The notes under the pieces were generated by a model. The model worked only from the letters and a program-made list of their open reading frames with translations, searched no databases and was not told where the DNA came from. The position numbers and the translations under genes were made by a program. This document shows positions 61,299 to 63,775 of a DNA stretch of 63,775 nt, piece after piece (within the stretch, counting starts at the first letter, position 1; each line of letters opens with the position of its first letter). The stretch is from Schmidtea polychroa. Taxonomy: Eukaryota. The stretch is taken from contig CM097888.1 in the NCBI GenBank assembly GCA_044892525.1, positions 19,158,226 to 19,222,000 on the forward strand. Reading direction: 5' to 3'.

Positions 61299-62197
61299 TT
61301 CGAAATGATCACGCCAAACAAATTTAAAAAATCTTTTATTTCCGAAACCCAAAATTATAAAAATTTTAAAAAATCAACTTTTTAATTAAAAATTCGAAAT
61401 TTCAATAAAAATTCAAAAATCGATATAAATTCCGAAAGTTAAAATAAAATTCCAGCATTCGACATTTAACAAACTAAAATCAATCCCATGTAAAAACATT
61501 GTTCGCGTCTGTGTGCGCATACATGAACAATCTAATTTTAGAGAAGAAAACGGACACAGACGCGACACTTCAACTCAGGATTGACTACTTTGTTTAGATT
61601 GTGTTTTCGAATCTTATTTCCGTATCCTATTTCAATTCGAGGCTACTTAAACAAACAAATTTGCAACTGTACACAGCATAAGAATAATTTAACATTATAA
61701 ATATATCTAATATAACAATAATTGTAATTATCACAGCGAACAATCGGATATTATTAGTCAAGTAGGTCTGGCGATCGGCACGTTCGCCTAAATTTTGCTC
61801 GAGCTGACTCACCGGTTAAATCTCCGTTTGGTCTTGGGCGCTCTGAAGCTGTAGCGGTAAAAATTAAGACAAATTTGAGGATCCACGTAACATAAGTTGC
61901 ACGAGAGATGTTTCATGATCGAATTTCAGAATTGAAAATGTAAATTTAAAAATGTTGAATGGATAACACATTTTAAAACGAGTGGGGATGTATTATGAAT
62001 GTAAATAATACCTATTCGAAATTATATACTACTTATGCATTTTGAATTTGTATATATTAATTCATATATAATTCACAATGATATTGTTTTAAACTTTTAG
62101 GCAAATCAAAATAGGCATATTTGGTGTTAAAGAAACTTTTTAATAATGTATTTATTATAAACAGATTAACGAATTATTTAAATAAAAAAATCATATA

Positions 62198-62589
62198 TTA
62201 ATCGGCATTTTCCGTTGATGTTTTGTATTGTTCTCGCATTTCATCTCCTCTCTTTTTTCCTTCCGTGAAGCAGAAAAGTAATTCATATATCATGTAAGCC
62301 GTCATGACGAAGGAACCCATAGACACAAGTATCATTACATTAAACATCATTTTACCAATTCCACCAGAAAATGGTTGGGCATCTTCTAACTAAGACCCAA
62401 AAATTATATTGATACATTATATTGATTACTAACGAAAATTTTAGCATTCTCTTCCAATTTCTTTTCATACTTCTTGGACTTTGGAATCTTTCCAAGACAG
62501 ATACAAGATGTATTGCCCATTGGCATTTTCAACGAAGTCTTAGCTAGTTCTTGAGAGAAAAACCTTCTAATAATTCTTAAAGCAGACAT
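62198..62589 (-). CDS. Small single-TM mitochondrial-type protein, COX7A-like (2 exons, gttagt...ttag intron)
   Basis: MSALRIIRRFFS presequence-like start; KLEENAKIF/LEDAQPFSGG; TM segment MMFNVMILVSMGSFVMTAYMIYELLF; intact after splicing. Confidence 0.45.
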
Positions 62590-63149
62590 AATTGTAATTA
62601 ATTAAAAAAAATTGAAAATTATTATTAAATCAATTATTATTAAATCAAATAAATATTTTTGAATTTATTTTCATTGTAATTGTTTGAAATATTAAAATTA
62701 AAGATGAACCCCTTTATTCTGTGTCCCTACAAATATATGTAGCTAAAGCCTCATTGAAAGTTTAGGTTCAATAGGTTTCTTTAAATATTAAATTATAAAT
62801 TATAAAAAACTAGAAAATGAATATTTTTTGTCCTACTAAAACCATTGCTTCCAAGGCCATATAAAGTATTTCAAAAAAGTTTATAAAAAATTTAAGATTT
62901 AAAACTTAAAACTATTAAAAACTATTTTGTCGTCTATTAGAAGGTAGAGGTGTGGACTCGAGAACAAAGACATATGACTCATACACCCAAGGAAAAAATT
63001 TTGAACTTTTTTTTCAAGATCAAATTTTAAACAAAGCCAAATGTTGAGCTAGAACCCAAAATTGAAAGCTTGAGTAGTAGGGTGTGAGCCCGACAGATCA
63101 CATATACCCCCTCCCCCCGGGAAAAATTTTTTTTTTAAATTTTAAAAAT

Positions 63150-63775
63150 AAAAGGTCAAGGTCAAGGTCATTTATTTTTTAATTTAATTTTTTTTTTAAT
63201 TAAGTGATCCAGCGGGCTCACACTTTTTTTCATCCCAAAAATTAATTTTCCCACTCATCTCATTTTTAGAACAAAGACAAAGACTAACCCAATGTCTCAT
63301 AATTTTTTCCAAAATATTATTAGTGATCCAGCGGGCTCACACTTTTTTTCATCCCAAAAGTTATCGTTCCCATTATCCGAATTTATTAAGCGATAGCTTA
63401 TTTTGAAGCTTAGTCTAAGACCTTTCGATTGAGCCATAGAAGGTATCATCATCATTAATATTGACAAAGTTATTAACATTTTACCAAAAATCATTTTCAA
63501 GGTCATATTATTATTATTATTATTATTTTTCAAAATATTATTAGTGATCCAGCGGGCACATGGTTTTCGTTTGCCCAAACGTTTTCGTTCCCATTATCCG
63601 AATTTATTAATCGATAGCTTATTTTAAAGCCCTGTGCAAGATCTATCTATTGATATATAAATATTATTATTATCATTATTATTGGCAAAATTATTAACGT
63701 TTTACCAAAAATCATTTTCAAGGTCATTTATTTTTTCAAGGTCAAGGTCAAGGTCATTTTTTTTCAAGGTCAAGG
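63150..63775. repeat. Complex tandem repeats with GGTCAAGGTCA arrays (possible Polinton-like terminal region)
   Basis: Three copies of TAGTGATCCAGCGGGC, a duplicated ~220-bp block, and (GGTCAA)n running off the window end. Confidence 0.6.

Noticed and set aside
63297-63578. 93-aa ORF
   Set aside because: Translation of tandem repeats

Overview
Very AT-rich invertebrate genomic DNA with short GT-AG introns, an innexin fragment and four N-gaps. The dominant feature is a ~16 kb Gypsy/Metaviridae-type LTR retroelement (8617-24855). It has 980-bp LTRs that look identical, a tRNA-Trp-like PBS and a PPT. Its coding region reconstructs as one ~3,300-aa polyprotein in an unusual order: Gag (3 CCHC knuckles), two ubiquitin-like domains, a Bcl-2-like domain, a signal helix, a chuvirus-like (class III) glycoprotein, PR-RT-RH-IN, and a second type I membrane protein. 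An intron-containing host-like segment and an innexin fragment lie just upstream of the 3' LTR. A truncated sister element (34930-37880) and a more diverged LTR relic (~58165-58600) are also present. Other mobile DNA: Penelope-like elements with inverted hammerhead ribozyme motifs, hAT, pogo/Tigger, Tc1/IS630, piggyBac-, Stowaway- and Polinton-like MITEs, a Helitron 3' end, and three nested TA-CACC elements. Host genes: RRP41 (intact), SMG5 (~15.6 kb, introns full of TEs, several lesions), MANF (disrupted), an AAMP-like fragment and a small COX7A-like gene. Domain calls come from motif recognition by eye; no searches were run. Some frameshifts fall in homopolymer or dinucleotide runs and may be assembly errors.
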